A stretch of 64,000 nt of DNA from Candidatus Thermofontivivens primus (GCA_031458695.1 JAVKJW010000005.1:51311-115310); one strand, 5' to 3'. Shown: positions 27,090 through 36,918, numbered from the stretch's first letter. The notes: generated from the sequence alone by a model not told the origin. Program-made: numbers and translations.

Positions 27090-27625
27090 TGGCTGCCCTT
27101 GAGATCGGTGCTTCTCTCATCCCCTTCGCCCTTCCCGGAACCGACGGGAAGATTCACCGGACCGAGGACTACCAGGATAAGCGAGCGCTCGCAGTCATTT
27201 TCACCTGTAACCACTGCCCTTACGCCCAGGCCTGGGAAGGGCGGTTGATCCAACTCCAACGAGAGTATGCTTCCCGAGGAGTTCAGTTCCTCCTGATCAA
27301 CCCCAACGATGCTACCAAGTACCCGGAAGATAGTTTCGAGAATATGGTCCGCCGGGCAGAAGAGAAAGGATATCCGTTCCCTTACCTCAGGGATGAGGAC
27401 CAGACCGTCGCCCGGGCTTACGGAGCCACAAGGACCCCAGAGATCTTCCTATTCGACCAGGATCGGGTGCTAAGATATCACGGAGCTCCGGACGACAACT
27501 ACGAAAACCCCGCAGCGGTGAGGAAGCACTACCTAAGGGACGCCCTGGAAGCCGTCCTGTCGGGCAGATCCCCCCAGCCTGCCCAAACCCCTCCGGTGGG
27601 GTGCACGATCAAGTGGAAATCGTGA
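27089..27625 (+). CDS. AhpC/TSA-like thioredoxin-family protein
   Basis: FTCNHCPY, INPND..YPEDS, YGATRTPE, GCTIKW. Confidence 0.9.
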   Translation: MAALEIGASLIPFALPGTDGKIHRTEDYQDKRALAVIFTCNHCPYAQAWEGRLIQLQREYASRGVQFLLINPNDATKYPEDSFENMVRRAEEKGYPFPYLRDEDQTVARAYGATRTPEIFLFDQDRVLRYHGAPDDNYENPAAVRKHYLRDALEAVLSGRSPQPAQTPPVGCTIKWKS

Positions 27626-27675
27626 TCCTCCACTCCGTTCAGGATGACGATATGGTACAATAGGGCAGGAGTAGT

Positions 27676-27751
27676 GCGCCCGTAGCTCAGGGGACAGAGC
27701 GGCTGCCTTCTAAGCAGCGGGTCGGGGGTTCGAATCCCTCCGGGCGCGCCA
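27676..27751 (+). tRNA. tRNA-Arg (anticodon UCU)
   Basis: GCGCCCG/CGGGCGC acceptor stem, GCTGC-CTTCTAA-GCAGC anticodon arm, GGTTCGAATCC, CCA; TGgTACAAT -10 upstream. Confidence 0.97.
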
Positions 27752-27859
27752 ATTCGTGAACCTGGTTTTCAGGTTTTCGCCCTACACAGGTCCCCAGCGT
27801 AAAGGGTTCTTGTATCATCGAATTTCCTTCAAACCAACGGAAGTTGTCGAGGAGGGAAG

Positions 27860-28978
27860 ATGCGTATCACACGGATCGAAGTCTATGGCTACACGTTGAC
27901 ATACATCCATGGTGAGTACAGGATGTCCGGAGGCCGCAGTGTTCGGGAACTCCCATCCACGGTGGTCCGGGTTCTCACAGATACCGGCGTAGAGGGCTGG
28001 GGGGAGGTATGCCCGCTGGGTTCCACGTATCTTCCTGCCTTCGCAGAAGGGGCGAGATCCGCGCTGCGCCTACTTGCCCCCGCCCTGATTGGCGCAGATC
28101 CTAGGAACCTTTCTGAAGTCCACGAGCGGATGGAATCAGCTCTCAAAGGCCACGCGTATGCCAAGAGCCCACTTGACATTGCGTGTTGGGACATCCTCGG
28201 GAAGGTGACTGGCGAGCCCGTCGTAACCCTTTTGGGTGGCAGGAGGCAGGATCGGTTCCCCTTGTATATGGCTGTCCCTATGGGGTCCCCGGAGGAGATG
28301 CGGGCCTACGTGCAATCCCGCAAAGCAGAAGGAATCAGAAGGTTCCAGTTAAAGATAGGTGGCAACCCACGGGAGGACGCCGAACGCGTGCGGAAGGTGA
28401 TCGAGGGAACAGACGAGGGGGATCTCGTGATCGCCGATGCCAATGGCGGGTGGAGGCTTCAAGACGCGATTGGAGCAGTGCGGATGATGGAAGGATATCC
28501 CCGGCTCTTCTTGGAGCAGCCCTGCCCTACTCTGGAGGAATGCCGGGCGATCCGAAGGATGACTACCCTTCCAATGATCTACGATGAGCTTGTCACGGAC
28601 ATCCCTTCCCTGTTGGTCGCGATCCAGGAGGGTGGTGCCAGCGGTATCAATTTGAAGATCAGCAGGGTCGGTGGCCTAACGAAAGCACGTCAAATCCGAG
28701 ACCTCGCTGAAGCCCTGGGGGTTTCCCTTACCATTGAAGATATGTGGGGTGGAGATATCACAACTGCTGCAGTAAGCCACTTGGCTGCTAGCACGCGCCC
28801 TGATCTCTTGTTTACCGTTTCCTTTATGAACGATTGGGTTCAGGAGCATATAGCAGGGTACGAACCTCGCTCTGTAGGTGGGTTTGGTAGGGTGCCTATG
28901 GGTCCGGGATTAGGGATCCAAGTCGATCTGAAATCCCTTGGAAAACCTCTGCTGAGTATCCCGACAAACGTCTTTTAA
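27860..28978 (+). CDS. Mandelate racemase/enolase-superfamily enzyme (hydroxyproline-betaine epimerase / cis-3-hydroxyproline dehydratase-like)
   Basis: GWGEVCPLGSTYLPA, FQLKIG, DANGGW, EQPC, NLKISRVGGL, IEDMWGGDI. Confidence 0.8.
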   Translation: MRITRIEVYGYTLTYIHGEYRMSGGRSVRELPSTVVRVLTDTGVEGWGEVCPLGSTYLPAFAEGARSALRLLAPALIGADPRNLSEVHERMESALKGHAYAKSPLDIACWDILGKVTGEPVVTLLGGRRQDRFPLYMAVPMGSPEEMRAYVQSRKAEGIRRFQLKIGGNPREDAERVRKVIEGTDEGDLVIADANGGWRLQDAIGAVRMMEGYPRLFLEQPCPTLEECRAIRRMTTLPMIYDELVTDIPSLLVAIQEGGASGINLKISRVGGLTKARQIRDLAEALGVSLTIEDMWGGDITTAAVSHLAASTRPDLLFTVSFMNDWVQEHIAGYEPRSVGGFGRVPMGPGLGIQVDLKSLGKPLLSIPTNVF

Positions 28979-29092
28979 CCTGAAATTTTGCCGGATTCCT
29001 TCTCTCACTGGAGAGAAAGAGAAAAAGATTCACAATCCCTTGGCACGTGTTCTTATGGTATAATGAAATAAACGAGAGCTACGCGCGGGACG

Positions 29093-30499
29093 ATGAAGAT
29101 CCTTCTCATCCAACCGAGGCGGAGCTCAGGTTTAGGCTTTCACCCCCATGCCCTCGTCGAGCCGCTTGGGCTCGAAATGGTGGCTGGCGCGCTCGACGCA
29201 CATCAAGTGAGTATCCTGGACCTCCTTCCTTCAGAGAACCTCCAAGCCGCCCTCGAGTCTTTCCGCCCCGACGCATGTGGGATCAGCTGTACCTTCACCG
29301 TGGACGTTTATCGAACCTTAGAGATCGCAGCGAAGATCAAAGAGATCCTTCCTCACTGCTTCGTTTTTGTCGGTGGGCACCACGCTACACTGAACCCTAT
29401 GGATTTCTTCCAAGGATCCGTGGACGCTGTCATCCTGGGAGAGGGCGAGACGATAGCACCTGCGTTGCTCCGGGCCCTTCAGACAGGTGAAGACCTTCGG
29501 ACCGTTCCCGGCCTCATGCTCTTCACCCCTGAAGGGCCGTACTTCACAGGTTTGCGTTCGCTCCTCGAAGATCTCGATCATCTACCGTTCCCAGCCCGTC
29601 ACCTCACCGCACCCTACCGCCGTCACTATCACTTAGGACTCAATCCCATCGCCACTGTGGAGACGGCACGGGGGTGCCCGTATCGCTGCAACTTCTGTAG
29701 CGTCTGGCGCTTCTACCGGAAGCGCTTTCGCTCCAAGAGCCCAGAACGGGTAATCGCCGAGTTGCTCGCTACGCCAGGATCTCAGGTCCTTTTTACAGAC
29801 GACAACTTCCTCACGGATATCCGTCGGGCCTTCCGTATCGCGGAGTTGGTGCGGCAGCATAGGATCCGCAAGGAGTTCCTTTTTCAGGCGCGCAGCGACA
29901 GCATCGTGCGGCATCCTGAGGTCATCACGGAGTGGCGCAAGGCAGGTCTATCCAGCGTCTTTATCGGTTTTGAGAAGATCGACGATGAGGCCCTGGAGAG
30001 TGTCGAGAAGCGCAACAGCGTGGCGAACAATGAGCGTGCCCTGGAGATCCTTCGTCGTCTCAAGATCCGTGTCGTTGCCTCCTTTATTGTGGACCCCAAT
30101 GACGGGCCAAACGAGTTTTCACGGTTGCGCGCGTACGTCCGACGGCTCCGCATCCGAACACCCACATTCTCTGTGCTCACGCCGCTTCCTGGGACACAGC
30201 TGTTTGAAACACTCCGCCAGCGCTTGACCACCACCAATTATGAACTCTTCGATCTCCTGCATGCAGTACTTCCCACGCGCCTCCCCCTCCCGGAGTTCTA
30301 CCGGGAGATGGCCAGGCTCTATCGTTCTGCTTACCTTGGCCAGTTTGCAAATTGGTTGAGCACTGCTCGTGCGTTAACTGCAGGACTGGTGCGTGGCCGA
30401 ATCTCTCTGGGACGTGTGAAAGACAGTGTCCTCGCCGGATGGAACCTCTTTAACCCGCGCAGCTACCTTGCCGATCATGCGCGCACGGCAATGGGGTGA
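29093..30499 (+). CDS. Cobalamin-dependent radical SAM protein (probable methyltransferase)
   Basis: EPLGLEMVA, VGGHHAT, GEGE, ETARGCPYRCNFC, TDDNF, LTPLPGT. Confidence 0.88.
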   Translation: MKILLIQPRRSSGLGFHPHALVEPLGLEMVAGALDAHQVSILDLLPSENLQAALESFRPDACGISCTFTVDVYRTLEIAAKIKEILPHCFVFVGGHHATLNPMDFFQGSVDAVILGEGETIAPALLRALQTGEDLRTVPGLMLFTPEGPYFTGLRSLLEDLDHLPFPARHLTAPYRRHYHLGLNPIATVETARGCPYRCNFCSVWRFYRKRFRSKSPERVIAELLATPGSQVLFTDDNFLTDIRRAFRIAELVRQHRIRKEFLFQARSDSIVRHPEVITEWRKAGLSSVFIGFEKIDDEALESVEKRNSVANNERALEILRRLKIRVVASFIVDPNDGPNEFSRLRAYVRRLRIRTPTFSVLTPLPGTQLFETLRQRLTTTNYELFDLLHAVLPTRLPLPEFYREMARLYRSAYLGQFANWLSTARALTAGLVRGRISLGRVKDSVLAGWNLFNPRSYLADHARTAMG

Positions 30500-30528
30500 A
30501 AAATCATTGGGAAAGGAGGGTTCCAGAG

Positions 30529-32130
30529 ATGGCAAACGGACTCATTCTTCATCCATCCCGTTTCAGTGGCCCAGTGGAAACTTCCCATGAGATCGAGCGA
30601 GGATCCCTGGCAAAAACCAAAGGACGTCTGCCGGGGTACTTCCACACCCTTGTTGTTGATCGTCTCGTCGACCTTTCGGATCATCTCCTGCGCAATGACC
30701 GCCTACGCTCGCTCCTCATGCGTCAGGTCGAGCGGCTCTTGATCCGCTACCTGGAAGAGCAGACCCGCGGTTCCCCCCATCCCAGAAGGGTGGAAGAGGA
30801 CAAGCGGGACATGCTCCTTGCTTTGGCTCGCTCCATTGACCGGGGTTTGCGGGAGGGGGTGATCTCTCCTCACGTCAGCCGCACGCTCCTCCGCACTGTA
30901 ATCTTCAACGTAATCACCCGCAGCACCAGGGAGGTCGCAGAGGCCCGCGCCCGTTTTTCTGCAGAGCATGGTGGCTACGGACCACCGGCTTTCCTTGTAC
31001 TCAGCCCGACGAAGATGTGTAACCTACGCTGCACAGGTTGTTACGCGAACGCAGGTCCATCCCCTGAGAAGCTTGAATGGGAGGTCTTCGACAGGATCAT
31101 CGAGGAAGCGAAGTCGCTGTGGGGGGTGCGTTTCTTTACTATCTCCGGTGGCGAGCCGTTGATGTACCAGTCACAGGGGAAAGGCATCCTCGATGCTGCC
31201 AAAAAGCACTCGGATTGTTTCTTCCTCATGTTCACCAATGGGACCCTGATCACCGACCGTGTGGCAGCCCAGATGGCGCAGGTGGGCAACCTCACTCCCG
31301 CGATCTCGCTCGAGGGATGGGAGGCCCGGACAGATGCACGGCGGGGTCCAGGGGTTTATCGAAAGGTCCTCCAGGCGATGGCAAGGCTGCGGGAAGCAGG
31401 GGTTCCTTTCGGCATCTCCCTGACCGCCACAAAGGAGAATTGCGAGGAGATTCTCTCCAATGAGTTCCTGGAGTTCTTCTTCGAGGAGCAGAAGGCGCTC
31501 TACGGCTGGCTTTTCCAGTACATGCCCATCGGCCGCTCCTATACCCTTGACCTCCTGCCCACGCCTGCCCAGCGGGTGTGGATGTGGCAGAGAACATGGT
31601 ACTTCATCCGGGAACGCGGGTACTTCCTGCCAGACTTCTGGAACTGCGGGACCGTATCCAACGGGTGTATCGCCGGGGGGCGCGAAGGAGGGTATCTCTA
31701 TATTGATTGGAACGGCAAGGTGATGCCCTGTGTCTTCGTTCCCTACTCCGCCGTGAACATCCACGAGATCTACCGCAAGGGAGGTACCCTGAACGATGCC
31801 TGGGAAGCGCCTTACTTCCAGGCGATCCGGCGGTGGCAGTGGGAGTATGCCCTCGGCAAACAGAGGCTCGAGGACCATGGAAATTGGCTCATCCCTTGCT
31901 CCATCCGGGATCACTATGATGTGTGCCGGCGCCTCCTCGATACCTACCACCCGGAGCCCGAGGATGTGAGCGCCGCCGAAGCCCTCCAGGATCAGGGATA
32001 CTTAGAGGGGATGCTGGCATACGATCGAGCGCTAGCAGAAGCCTTCGATCCCATTTGGAGGAGGGAGTATTTGGAGGTGGAGCACGCCAAGAAAAAGGAG
32101 GGAGCGGTGTCCGGAAGGTTCTCCGCTTAG
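30529..32130 (+). CDS. Radical SAM/SPASM-type protein with long N-terminal helical region
   Basis: SPTKMCNLRCTGCYA, SGGEP, FTNGTLI, GCIAGG, PCVF, PCSIRDH; RBS AAAGGAGG. Confidence 0.88.
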   Translation: MANGLILHPSRFSGPVETSHEIERGSLAKTKGRLPGYFHTLVVDRLVDLSDHLLRNDRLRSLLMRQVERLLIRYLEEQTRGSPHPRRVEEDKRDMLLALARSIDRGLREGVISPHVSRTLLRTVIFNVITRSTREVAEARARFSAEHGGYGPPAFLVLSPTKMCNLRCTGCYANAGPSPEKLEWEVFDRIIEEAKSLWGVRFFTISGGEPLMYQSQGKGILDAAKKHSDCFFLMFTNGTLITDRVAAQMAQVGNLTPAISLEGWEARTDARRGPGVYRKVLQAMARLREAGVPFGISLTATKENCEEILSNEFLEFFFEEQKALYGWLFQYMPIGRSYTLDLLPTPAQRVWMWQRTWYFIRERGYFLPDFWNCGTVSNGCIAGGREGGYLYIDWNGKVMPCVFVPYSAVNIHEIYRKGGTLNDAWEAPYFQAIRRWQWEYALGKQRLEDHGNWLIPCSIRDHYDVCRRLLDTYHPEPEDVSAAEALQDQGYLEGMLAYDRALAEAFDPIWRREYLEVEHAKKKEGAVSGRFSA

Positions 32131-32666
32131 TAGGGCTACTCTTCCCTCTCCTTGCTCTCTTCACGCCTCGGGGGATTCCTGCAATCGTCGCGGGAGCGCT
32201 CTTGGGAATCCTCCTGATGTTGGAGGGGGGAAGGCTCTTCTATGTGCAGTTCAACGAATTCCTTCTCCGATGTGGGATCCTTCGGGAGAGGGAGCGAAGA
32301 AAACTCAGCGCAATTACCTGGTTCGTGCTCGCTTCCTTTCTCCTTGCGTTGTTCGCTTCAGAGAAAGCAGCAATTGCCGCGTGGCTGTATGCCCTCTTCG
32401 GGGATTGGATGGCAGCAGTTGTGGGCACGCGCTGGGGAAAGCACCGCAAGGGGGAGAAATCGCTTGAGGGCACTACTGCCAACCTGCTGGCCTGCCTTTT
32501 CCTCGCTTTGCTTGTCTCCCCCTCGCTCAAGTTCCCACTCGCCGTGGCGATTGCTGGGGCATTGGTGGCAACGGTGGTAGAGCTTATCCCCCTTCCCCTT
32601 GACGACAATTTCACTGTTCCATTCCTGGCCGGGTTTGTGATGCACTTTCTTGAGAGGATACGCTGA
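32107..32666 (+). CDS. Dolichol/phytol/diacylglycerol kinase (CTP-transferase) family membrane protein; start unresolved
   Basis: RKVLRLVG, FGDWMAAVVG..WG, KSLEG, VVELIP..LDDNFTVP. Confidence 0.8.
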
Positions 32667-32707
32667 GAGAGTTTCTCCAGAGGTGAGAAAACGCCATCCA
32701 TCGATGT

Positions 32708-32800
32708 AACCCCAGCAAAATCTCTTGTCGAGATTTTGCTGGGGACCCGTTATGCAAGAGGGGCTCCCAGCAAGCGTCCAAAGACTTTTGTCGGGGTACT
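32708..32800 (+). repeat. Most complete copy of the dispersed MITE/REP-like element
   Basis: Perfect 15-bp stem CCCCAGCAAAATCTC/GAGATTTTGCTGGGG, then ACCCGTTATGCAAGAGGGGC...AAAGACTTTTGTCGGGGTACT; a related hairpin lies at 32844-32873. Confidence 0.8.
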
Positions 32801-32944
32801 TAAATCCCTTGTCAAGCGGAGCAATGTGTGCAAAAATCTGGATCCCAGCGAAGTCTTTTGCAAAGACTTCGCTCGAGCTATGGAGAGGATTGACGCGGAG
32901 GGCGTGGGGATCCAAACTGGAACTAGTGAGAGCGGGAAAAGGCC

Positions 32945-34063
32945 ATGCTCCCGGGAGGTCCCTTTTCTGAACAGAAGGCACAGGCAGAGCTTCTGCGGCT
33001 CTTAGCCATTCCCAGCGAAACAGGTCATGAGCAAGCGATCATTGCCTACCTGGAGAGTAGGCTGGAAGCTCTGGGACTCCAGACGTTTCGTCAGAAGGTG
33101 GCAGAGGGTCGGGAGAATCTGATCTGGACCTCCCATCCACACCCCAAACTCTTGATTACAGCCCACGTGGATACCGTCCCTCTAAAAGAACAGCAGGGGC
33201 TTGTGCAGCAGCGGGTGGAGGATGGCTATGTGTTTGGCAAAGGGAGCGCCGATGTAAAGGGAGGGATCGCCGCCCTTCTTCTTGCGCTCGAATCCATGGC
33301 AGGCCAGGGGCTGGAAGCCGCCTCAATTGCCGTCGCCTTCACTGTGGACGAGGAACAGGGAGGAGCGGGTTCGAGGGTACTCCCAGAGGCAATCCAGGCT
33401 GAGGGCGCTGTCGTGCTAGAGCCGACAGGACTCGCGTTGTGTACGGCACAGGCGGGAAGCCTTGAGGTTCGCATCACCCTGATGGGCCGTTCTGCTCACG
33501 GGAGTGCGTTCGAGGCAGGGGAGAACGCGATCCACAAAGCTGCAGCGCTCATTGAGAAATTCCGCTCCTTGCGGTTCGTCCAGGCAACCCATTTCCTCGT
33601 TGGGAGCGGAGGATTCAACGTCATGGAGATTCGGGGAGGACAGCATCTTCTTGTGGTCCCAGACCGGTGCGAGCTCTACGTGGATTTCCGGATCCTCCCA
33701 GGGCAGGACATTGCCCTGGCCGAGCAGGAGGTCCGTACCCTCCTCTCCCAGGAGGAGGCGGCGCTTGAGGTCCTCGATGTATCCCCACCCTATGCGTTGC
33801 GGGGAACCGAGATGATCGTAGAGCTCCTTCAGGAGGCCTGCAAGGAGGTGTTGGGGAGGGAAGCGCCGTTCCGGGGGATGCCAAGCTGGACCGACGCCCA
33901 GCACCTCTATTCTGCGGGTATCCCTGCGGTGATCTTTGGACCCGGAGATCTCGCTGTCAGCCATACCCCTTGGGAACATGTTTCCCTAGAGGAAGTCGTG
34001 CAAGCAGCGCGCGTCCTCGCCCGGGCTATGGAGAAGACGGCTCTTCTTCCTTCTCCATCCTGA
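32945..34063 (+). CDS. M20 family peptidase/deacylase (ArgE/DapE-like)
   Basis: AHVDTVP, GKGSADVKGG, VDEE, GRSAHGS, WTDA, FGPG...HTPWE. Confidence 0.88.
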   Translation: MLPGGPFSEQKAQAELLRLLAIPSETGHEQAIIAYLESRLEALGLQTFRQKVAEGRENLIWTSHPHPKLLITAHVDTVPLKEQQGLVQQRVEDGYVFGKGSADVKGGIAALLLALESMAGQGLEAASIAVAFTVDEEQGGAGSRVLPEAIQAEGAVVLEPTGLALCTAQAGSLEVRITLMGRSAHGSAFEAGENAIHKAAALIEKFRSLRFVQATHFLVGSGGFNVMEIRGGQHLLVVPDRCELYVDFRILPGQDIALAEQEVRTLLSQEEAALEVLDVSPPYALRGTEMIVELLQEACKEVLGREAPFRGMPSWTDAQHLYSAGIPAVIFGPGDLAVSHTPWEHVSLEEVVQAARVLARAMEKTALLPSPS

Positions 34064-34514
34064 TCCAGATCCCCCACTGCCCTACCTTGCGGAACCCAAG
34101 CTTTTCGTAGAATCTCTGGGCTTTCGTATTATACTCCCCCACCCAGAGCCCGAACCTGCGGTGTCCTTTGTTCCGGAGAACCTCCAGTCCTGCGAGGCAG
34201 AGGCGGGTCCCAATTCCCTGGCCTTGGAAAGGAGGATCCACGGCGAACTCGTGGATCTCCCCGATAGGTTTTCCGTGATGATCCATCCAGCGATCATCTA
34301 CAGCGATAAACCCAACGGGTTCCCCTCCCAAAAACGCGGCGAGGAATCCATCAGGGGCCCTTTTATAAAGCCACTTCATGTACCCAACAATGTCTGGCGT
34401 CCTTCGATACGCGTAAACCTCTATCCCCGCATAGGCACGCCGATAAATCTCCACGAGCACTTTGATCATTGAACGAGGGTCGACGTTCTCGATGACCAGT
34501 TCTTCTCCCGTCAC
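34026..34514 (-). CDS. GNAT acetyltransferase
   Basis: AVDPPFQGQGIG, N.KAQRFYEKLGF. Confidence 0.88.
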   Translation of the reverse strand: MTGEELVIENVDPRSMIKVLVEIYRRAYAGIEVYAYRRTPDIVGYMKWLYKRAPDGFLAAFLGGEPVGFIAVDDRWMDHHGKPIGEIHEFAVDPPFQGQGIGTRLCLAGLEVLRNKGHRRFGLWVGEYNTKAQRFYEKLGFRKVGQWGIWIRMEKEEEPSSP

Positions 34515-34552
34515 GCCGATCCATCACCTTGCTCCTCTTTCTCTGGGGCCCC

Positions 34553-34610
34553 AGTACACCGACAAAAGTCTTTTGACTCTTGCCCGGGCCCCCTTGAAAT
34601 ACCGGGGTTT
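34553..34610 (-). repeat. Right half of the dispersed element, inverted
   Basis: Reverse complement ACCCCGGTATTTCAAGGGGGCCCGGGCAAGAGTCAAAAGACTTTTGTCGGTGTACT aligns with 32745-32800. Confidence 0.75.
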
Positions 34611-34622
34611 CTGGGAAAACCT

Positions 34623-35546
34623 TTACACCCGCTCTACAAGAACGTTCCGGAGGAGGAAGAGGACGTTGGCCGGACGCTCCGCCAAGCGGCGCATGAAGTA
34701 AGGATACCACTGCTCCCCAAAGGGGATATACACACGCACGTTGTATCCCTCTTGGGCGAGGGCCCGCTGGAGGTCCCGCCGTACCCCATAGATCATCTGG
34801 AACTCGAACTGGGAAGGCGAAATCCCTTCCTGTGCAGCGAAGGATTTTGCGTGGACAATGAGCTTCTCATCGTGCGTTGCGATGGCTGGGTAGTCTCCGA
34901 AGCGCAGAAGGAACTCCATCAAGCGACGGTAGTTCTCGTCCACATCCTTCTTGCGGGGGAAGGCAATGGAGGGAGGTTCCAGGTATGCTCCCTTGACCAG
35001 CCTGATCCTGGCACCCTCCTTCACGAGTGCCTCCACATCGGCAGCGCTCCGGTAGAGATAGGCCTGGATGACCACCCCCACGTTGGAAAACCCCTCGCTC
35101 CGCATGCGACGCCAGATCCGCAACGTCGGTTCAACAAGTGGAGACTCCTCCATGTCGATCCGGACGAACAGGTTGCGGTGGCGGGCCGCCTCAAGGATCC
35201 GGCGCAGGAGGAGCTCGGCAAGAGATTCGTCGATGGCCAGACCGAGTTGGGAGAGCTTGACCGAGAGGTTACAGTCCAGCTTGTGAGTGTGGATCGCCTC
35301 GAGGATTCGGATGTACATCGCAGCGGCGCTCTCCGCCAGCTCCACGTTCGTGGTTTTCTCCCCGAGGTAGTTCAGGCTTGCATGGATCCCAAGGCGGTTG
35401 ATCGAACGAACGGCTTCCACTCCGTCCTCTAGGCTTTCCCCTGCGATGAACCTGCGCGATGCCCGGCGGGCCAGGCCGTTTTGGAGGACGAAGGACTGGA
35501 CACGAGCATTCACGGATAACGCGATGAAGAAGCGCCTCAGGAACAT
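34623..35546 (-). CDS. Monofunctional proline dehydrogenase
   Basis: RFIAGE, SVKLSQLG, RIDME, RLVKGAY, ATHD, YFMRRLAERPAN. Confidence 0.94.
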   Translation of the reverse strand: MFLRRFFIALSVNARVQSFVLQNGLARRASRRFIAGESLEDGVEAVRSINRLGIHASLNYLGEKTTNVELAESAAAMYIRILEAIHTHKLDCNLSVKLSQLGLAIDESLAELLLRRILEAARHRNLFVRIDMEESPLVEPTLRIWRRMRSEGFSNVGVVIQAYLYRSAADVEALVKEGARIRLVKGAYLEPPSIAFPRKKDVDENYRRLMEFLLRFGDYPAIATHDEKLIVHAKSFAAQEGISPSQFEFQMIYGVRRDLQRALAQEGYNVRVYIPFGEQWYPYFMRRLAERPANVLFLLRNVLVERV

Positions 35547-35604
35547 CCCTCATTGTATTCGGCCTTCGGCCCCGAATTCCTCTCGAGCATACCGAAGGTG
35601 GGAA

Positions 35605-36918
35605 CTAGGCTACGAGGAGGCTTACCTTGAGCCGTCCACGGAGGATCCGAATCGCTTCCTGGATCTGCCGATCCAACTCTGTGCCAATGGTCTCCGGCGG
35701 GGTCGTGACAACCACATCGGGACGAATCCCGACGCCATCTACCTCCCTTCCTCGGGGTGTTAGGAACCTCGCCACGGTGAGCTTCAATCCTGAGCCGTCT
35801 GGGAGCCGACGGATGACCTGCACCGTCCCCTTCCCCAGGGTTCTGGTCCCCACGATGGGAAAGCCAGCATCCTGCAGGGCTCCTGCCACAAGCTCTGAGG
35901 CGCTCGCGCTCCCCCCATCCACGAGGGCCACCACATTACCTGCGAATTTGAACACCTCCTTGGTCGCCATATAGGACTTCCTCGTATTCCTTGCATCGAC
36001 CAGGGTCGTCACAACCCCTTGCTGAATGAATACGCTCGCCACCTTCACAGCTTCTTCAAGGATTCCGCCGGGATTCCCTCGCAGGTCCAGGATCATACCG
36101 CTCGCCCCTTTGGAAGCCAGCCGTTGGGCGAGACGCGAGATCTCCTCCCCCGCGCCCTCTTCGAATTCAGGAAGGGCGATGTAGCCAATGGACTCTGTGA
36201 GCATGCGAGAGGAAGCGACCTGTGGCGTGATCACTGCCCGCACAATGGTCACCTCCCAAATCTGGGCCCGCCGCCCTACCCTGAGTCGTACGGCAGTTCC
36301 AGGGGCCCCCCGGAGTCTCTGGACAACTTCCTGGGGATCCATCTGGTCTGTCGGAATCCCATCAATGGCCAGAATGACATCTCCCGGTTGAATCCCGGCT
36401 TGGTCGGCTGGGCTCCCGTCGAAGACCTGGATGACCCTAGGCTGGGGGCGGTCAAAGGAGAGGACAACACCTATCCCGCCGTAACTCCGGTCCACCGGGC
36501 CTTCCCCGAGCTCGATCCTTGGGTAGAAAGCGCTGTACCGGTCGTTGAGCGCGGACACCATCCCCATGATGGCAATGTGCGCGGCCCGTTGGGGAGTGAT
36601 CCTTCCAGAGGTTCTTGTCAGGGCCTGGCGGATCAACGCATGGATGAGCTCGAGATCTCGGGAGATCTGGCCTGATAAGTTTTCGGCGATCATGTAACCA
36701 TGGCTACGCAAGGCGCTGTATGCCTCCCGGACGAGCTCTGCGGGGGTGGGTGGGTGGAGGTGCTGTTCGAGAATCAGACGATAGGCCTCATCGAAGGTTT
36801 TGACGGCAAGGTCAGCCTCCGAGGACACGCCCTGGCCAAGAGCTGCAGAACTCACCAGCACAAGAACGAGAAGGAAAACAAGCAATACCTTCCACCGCAT
36901 GAGCATCACCCTAGGCAT
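35605..36918 (-). CDS. S41 carboxyl-terminal processing protease with PDZ domain
   Basis: Signal peptide, GGIGV, LDLRGNPGG, SASASE, GKGTVQ, GVGIRPD. Confidence 0.93.
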   Translation of the reverse strand: MPRVMLMRWKVLLVFLLVLVLVSSAALGQGVSSEADLAVKTFDEAYRLILEQHLHPPTPAELVREAYSALRSHGYMIAENLSGQISRDLELIHALIRQALTRTSGRITPQRAAHIAIMGMVSALNDRYSAFYPRIELGEGPVDRSYGGIGVVLSFDRPQPRVIQVFDGSPADQAGIQPGDVILAIDGIPTDQMDPQEVVQRLRGAPGTAVRLRVGRRAQIWEVTIVRAVITPQVASSRMLTESIGYIALPEFEEGAGEEISRLAQRLASKGASGMILDLRGNPGGILEEAVKVASVFIQQGVVTTLVDARNTRKSYMATKEVFKFAGNVVALVDGGSASASELVAGALQDAGFPIVGTRTLGKGTVQVIRRLPDGSGLKLTVARFLTPRGREVDGVGIRPDVVVTTPPETIGTELDRQIQEAIRILRGRLKVSLLVA

